Shown piece after piece: positions 60,646 to 64,000 of a stretch of 64,000 nt of DNA. The position numbers were made by a program, and so were the translations under genes. Each line of letters begins with the position of its first letter. The first letter of the stretch is position 1. Location: contig CALSNU010000006.1 in assembly GCA_943787795.1 (NCBI GenBank), positions 384,001-448,000 on the forward strand, written 5' to 3'. Source of the stretch: an uncultured bacterium (GTDB lineage: Bacteria > Planctomycetota > UBA1135 > GCA-002686595). The notes under the pieces are model-generated. The model had not been told where the DNA came from, did no database searches, and saw only the letters and a program-made list of their open reading frames with translations.

Positions 60646-61375
60646 GGTCCTTCCGAGTGGAGGGGTTCCCGGGGTTGAAGGACGACCAGTTCCAGCGAGC
60701 GATGGCCCACAGCGCGATGAACGCATCCTTGAGGCCGATCTTCTTGCCCTCGTGGTAGTTCCGCCCGTGGTAGCTGATGGGGACCTCGTAGATGGTCACG
60801 CCCATCTTCGCGATCTTGGCCGTCACCTCGGGCTCCACCGCGAACGTGCGCGACTGGATGTCCAGGGCCCTCGCGACCTCGGCGCGGTACACCTTGTAGC
60901 AGGTCTCCATGTCGGAGAGGTGCAGGTCGGTGCAGATGTTGCTCAGGAGCGTGAGGAGCCGATTCCCGTGTGTGTGCCAGAAGGCATGCACGCGCCCCAC
61001 CGGGACCTTCCTGAACCGGCTGCCGTAGACCACGTCGGCGACCTCGTCTTGGATCGGCCTCAGCAACACGGCGTAGTCGTCGGGGTCGTACTCGAGGTCC
61101 GCATCTTGGACGAGGACCACGTCGCCCGAGACGCTCTGAAAGCCCGTCTGCAGCGCGCCTCCCTTGCCCCGGTTGACCTCGTGGAAGATGGTCTGGATCT
61201 TGCCGGGGTGGGCCTCCTTGAGCTCCCCCATGATCTCACGAGAGCGGTCCCGGGAGCCGTCGTCCACGAGCACCACTTCGATCTCGAAGGGCTGCGCGAG
61301 CACGCGGCCGACGATCTCGGCGAGCGTCCGCTCCTCGTTGTAGACAGGGATGACGACCGAGAGCTTCATGCTCAA
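60629..61375 (-). CDS. Glycosyltransferase family 2 (DPM-synthase-like)
   Basis: VVIPVYNE, VDDGSRD, NRGKGGA, QDADLEY and DMETCYK. Confidence 0.92.
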   Translation of the reverse strand: MSMKLSVVIPVYNEERTLAEIVGRVLAQPFEIEVVLVDDGSRDRSREIMGELKEAHPGKIQTIFHEVNRGKGGALQTGFQSVSGDVVLVQDADLEYDPDDYAVLLRPIQDEVADVVYGSRFRKVPVGRVHAFWHTHGNRLLTLLSNICTDLHLSDMETCYKVYRAEVARALDIQSRTFAVEPEVTAKIAKMGVTIYEVPISYHGRNYHEGKKIGLKDAFIALWAIARWNWSSFNPGNPSTRKDPAGRD

Positions 61376-62637
61376 CCCCTCACCTCGTCATCAAGGGTCG
61401 TGAGGCCCGAGAACAGCTCGTTGAGGCCCATGAAGTCCGCGAACCCCTCATGGAGCTCCTGGTAAGCAGGCTCCCCCTCGATACACCACATGGGCCGGAG
61501 GAAGAGCGGGAGGATCTCCGAGTCCGGGCGGCGCCTTCGGTCCTGGATGACCTTGCGTCGCTCCATCCAGTGGTCCCAGCGGCCGAGGAGGTCATTCATG
61601 CCCACGAGGTCCGCGATCCCGACCCGCCCCACGCGGTCGTGGGTCTGCACGTTCTTCCGCAGCTTGCGGAAGAGCTTGGACCCCAACCCCTCGTCTCCAA
61701 GGGTCTCCATGGACTCGATGCGGTAGCGGTCGAGCTCCCCGAGGTCGCTGTTGATGAACGCCCTGCGGACGGCGAGCCCGAGGAGCGCCGGGAGGACGCG
61801 CCGGAGGTTCTCGTCGTCGTAGTTCTTCACGCAGGCGAGCTGAGGGTTGCGGACCTGGAGCAGGCGCAGGCGTTCCAGGGGAACGCGGCCGCTCGTGCTG
61901 CTGTGGTGGTGATAGCAGACCGCGGAGGGCGCATAGCGCACCTCGTGCCCCTCCACCCAGGACCTCCAGCCGAGGTCCACGTCCTCGTAGTACGCGAAGA
62001 ACTCCTCATCGAAGCCCCCGATATCGAAGTACGCCTCGCGGTCCATCGCCATGGCCCCCCCGCAGGCGAAGAGCGTCTTGCGGGGCTGGTCGTAGCGCTC
62101 GTGAGGATCGGCCAGGTAGCCGCGCTGGATGCCGATGCCATGGAAGTTCATCCCGCCGGCCGCGGAGTTCAGGACCTTGCCGTCCCACGACATCATCTTC
62201 GCCGTGGAGGCGATGGCCTCCTTGCGAACCACCGGCGCGACGAGCTCCCGAAGGAAGCCCTCGTCCACGTGGATGTCGTTGTTGAGGAACACCAGCACCT
62301 CGGGGTCCAGGTCGCCCTCGGCGGCCACGCGCGCCCCCTGATTGCAGCCGGCCGAGAAGCCGACGTTGGTGTCGTTCTCCACCAGCTTGACCCAGGAGTG
62401 CTTCGAGCGCGCCTCCTGCTGACTCCCATCATCGGAGCCGTTGTCCACGAGGACCACCTCGAAGAGGTCCTCGGGGTAGTCGAGGCGCCGAAGGGTTGAG
62501 AAGCAGGGCTCGAGGTGATGGCGCCCGTTCCAATTGAGGATGACGATCGAGACGCGCGGCAGCTCCGCCGCTGTGAGCGGCTCTGAACGCTCGACGATGA
62601 GTGAACGCTCGACTTGTTCCGGGTCAGGCCTCGACAT
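61372..62637 (-). CDS. Glycosyltransferase family 2
   Basis: IVILNWNG, VDNGSDD, FLNND and GGFDEEFFAYYEDVDLGWR. Confidence 0.9.
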   Translation of the reverse strand: MSRPDPEQVERSLIVERSEPLTAAELPRVSIVILNWNGRHHLEPCFSTLRRLDYPEDLFEVVLVDNGSDDGSQQEARSKHSWVKLVENDTNVGFSAGCNQGARVAAEGDLDPEVLVFLNNDIHVDEGFLRELVAPVVRKEAIASTAKMMSWDGKVLNSAAGGMNFHGIGIQRGYLADPHERYDQPRKTLFACGGAMAMDREAYFDIGGFDEEFFAYYEDVDLGWRSWVEGHEVRYAPSAVCYHHHSSTSGRVPLERLRLLQVRNPQLACVKNYDDENLRRVLPALLGLAVRRAFINSDLGELDRYRIESMETLGDEGLGSKLFRKLRKNVQTHDRVGRVGIADLVGMNDLLGRWDHWMERRKVIQDRRRRPDSEILPLFLRPMWCIEGEPAYQELHEGFADFMGLNELFSGLTTLDDEVRG

Positions 62638-63998
62638 CAACATTGCTCTTCGCCTCGCAGGCTCGCCGGCGCCCCATCCGCGGGAGACATCGACAGGGTG
62701 CTCAGCCGTAAGTAGACGTCAGCAGCTCCGTCTGCGGACGCACGCAAGGACAAGAACTTCGAGCCGTGCTCCAGCTTCAGACCGACAAGCTGCTCGCGCT
62801 TCTCGGTGCGCCCGCGGCTCGTGGAATCCGAGATCCTGGCGCGGACCACACCGTCCACGAGCACCTCTCCGCCGAGCACCAAGCTGGTCTCAGGCGCCAG
62901 GTACTCCAGCCCGAGAGCGAGGACGTAGTCCCCCGCCGGGAGCCCGTCGACGGACCAGTCCGCGGCCGCCCCAGGGCGCATCAGGAGCAGCTCCGCCCCC
63001 TGCACCTCACAGGCGCCATGGCGCACCGCGGTCTCCAGCGCAGCGCGCCGCAGCACCGCCCCGGCCGGGCCTCCAGTCGTCGGGCGCTCGATGGTGCAGA
63101 GCGACCGATATCGGGCCTCCGTCTCCTCGCCGTTCTCGACGATGGTCTTCACCGGCATCCAGTCCGCGTCCGCGAGCCGCCCCCGCAGCTCGGCGTCCTC
63201 CACCAGCAGGGCCATCTTGTCCGCCAGGTCCGCAGCCGAGCCGAGCTCGAAGAGCAGCCCGTCCACGCCGTCCCGCACGAACTCGGCCATGCCTCCACGG
63301 TCGCTGGCCAGCACCGGCGTCCCGGTCAGGAAGGCCTCGTGGATCGTGATCGGTGAGTTCTCGTACCAGAGGCTCGGCACCACGAGCGCGTCGAGGTCCG
63401 CGTAGACCTCCGAGAGCCGCCCGTTGTCAAAGCGTCCATGAAAGGTGACCGGAGCTCCCTCGGCGAGGTCCGCCAGGTGCCGATGGTGCTCATCCCCGTC
63501 GGGGTCGAACCCGCCGTGGATGTCCAGGTGCACGCGATCTCCGAGCCCACGTTCCTGGAGGAGCCGCATGGCCTGAACCAGCGTCTCGCCGCCCTTGTAC
63601 CAGACCAGGGTTCCCACGAAACCGAAGCGCACCTTGCCCGATGGATCCGCCGTCTTCTCCAGCGCCTCCACGTGATCCGTCCGCATCCCGTTGTCCGAAA
63701 ACAGGAAGGTGTGAGGGTCAAAACCGCCCTGAGCGAGGTACATGTCCCGGAGGAAGCGACTCGGGCTGATCCTCAGGTCCGCCGCCGCGTAGGCGGCGGG
63801 CACGAGCTCTTCACGGCTGCGTAGCTCGGTGTATTCGGAGGCCCGCCGCTGGGCCAGCTCGGGCGAGACCTTGAGCTCCTTGATGGTCCCCGCAAGGGAC
63901 GAGAGCACCTTCCCAGCCCCCAGCGTCCCGTCGAGCCGATGCGCGCGCTCCACCTGGTCGAGGCCGCGCTCCTTGATGCAGAGGAAGCAACCGCTCCC
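62637..63998 (-). CDS. Glycosyltransferase family 4, 5'-truncated by the window edge, with an extra C-terminal domain
   Basis: GFVGTLVWYKG, PSLWYENSP and ASDRGGMAE; the frame stays open to the window end. Confidence 0.85.
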   Translation of the reverse strand, partial: GSGCFLCIKERGLDQVERAHRLDGTLGAGKVLSSLAGTIKELKVSPELAQRRASEYTELRSREELVPAAYAAADLRISPSRFLRDMYLAQGGFDPHTFLFSDNGMRTDHVEALEKTADPSGKVRFGFVGTLVWYKGGETLVQAMRLLQERGLGDRVHLDIHGGFDPDGDEHHRHLADLAEGAPVTFHGRFDNGRLSEVYADLDALVVPSLWYENSPITIHEAFLTGTPVLASDRGGMAEFVRDGVDGLLFELGSAADLADKMALLVEDAELRGRLADADWMPVKTIVENGEETEARYRSLCTIERPTTGGPAGAVLRRAALETAVRHGACEVQGAELLLMRPGAAADWSVDGLPAGDYVLALGLEYLAPETSLVLGGEVLVDGVVRARISDSTSRGRTEKREQLVGLKLEHGSKFLSLRASADGAADVYLRLSTLSMSPADGAPASLRGEEQC

Positions 63999-64000
63999 CA

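Noticed and set aside
1..64000. tRNA, rRNA, selC, IS elements or integrases
   Set aside because: None recognised by eye; a covariance-model scan would be needed to exclude small RNAs

Overview
A very GC-rich bacterial chromosomal segment. A Planctomycetota-like origin is suggested only by gene repertoire and is an inference. About 46 CDS are supportable; no rRNA, tRNA, CRISPR array, integrase or transposase was recognised. Housekeeping and metabolic content: a benzoyl-CoA epoxide pathway cluster (BoxR/BzdR-like regulator, boxC, boxB, but no boxA in the window), an ALDH7-type aldehyde dehydrogenase, ettA, a sirtuin, an RND pump, tig-clpP-clpX, rlmN, rnpA-yidD, a FixL/FixJ-like two-component pair and three glycosyltransferases. 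The ~22.5-37 kb part looks accessory. Its best signal is missed by the ORF track: an ORF at 31852..32313 (+) with a lipoprotein-like signal peptide reads through two in-frame TGA codons. Both lie at positions I recall as conserved Cys in a thioredoxin-like FxGSPT family, and each is followed 10-11 nt later by a bacterial SECIS-like hairpin, making this a candidate exported double-selenocysteine protein. Other notable items: (i) a ~400-aa X-FN3-X C-terminal cassette shared by two otherwise unrelated secreted proteins; (ii) a synonymously diverged duplicate of an EEP gene 3' end that brackets a 2.5-kb block; (iii) a hydrolase-DedA-ATP-grasp fusion next to an OlsB-like acyltransferase; (iv) an apparently catalytically dead ALDH-fold protein; (v) many short tandem repeats at gene ends. 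All family assignments come from motif recognition by eye, not database searches.
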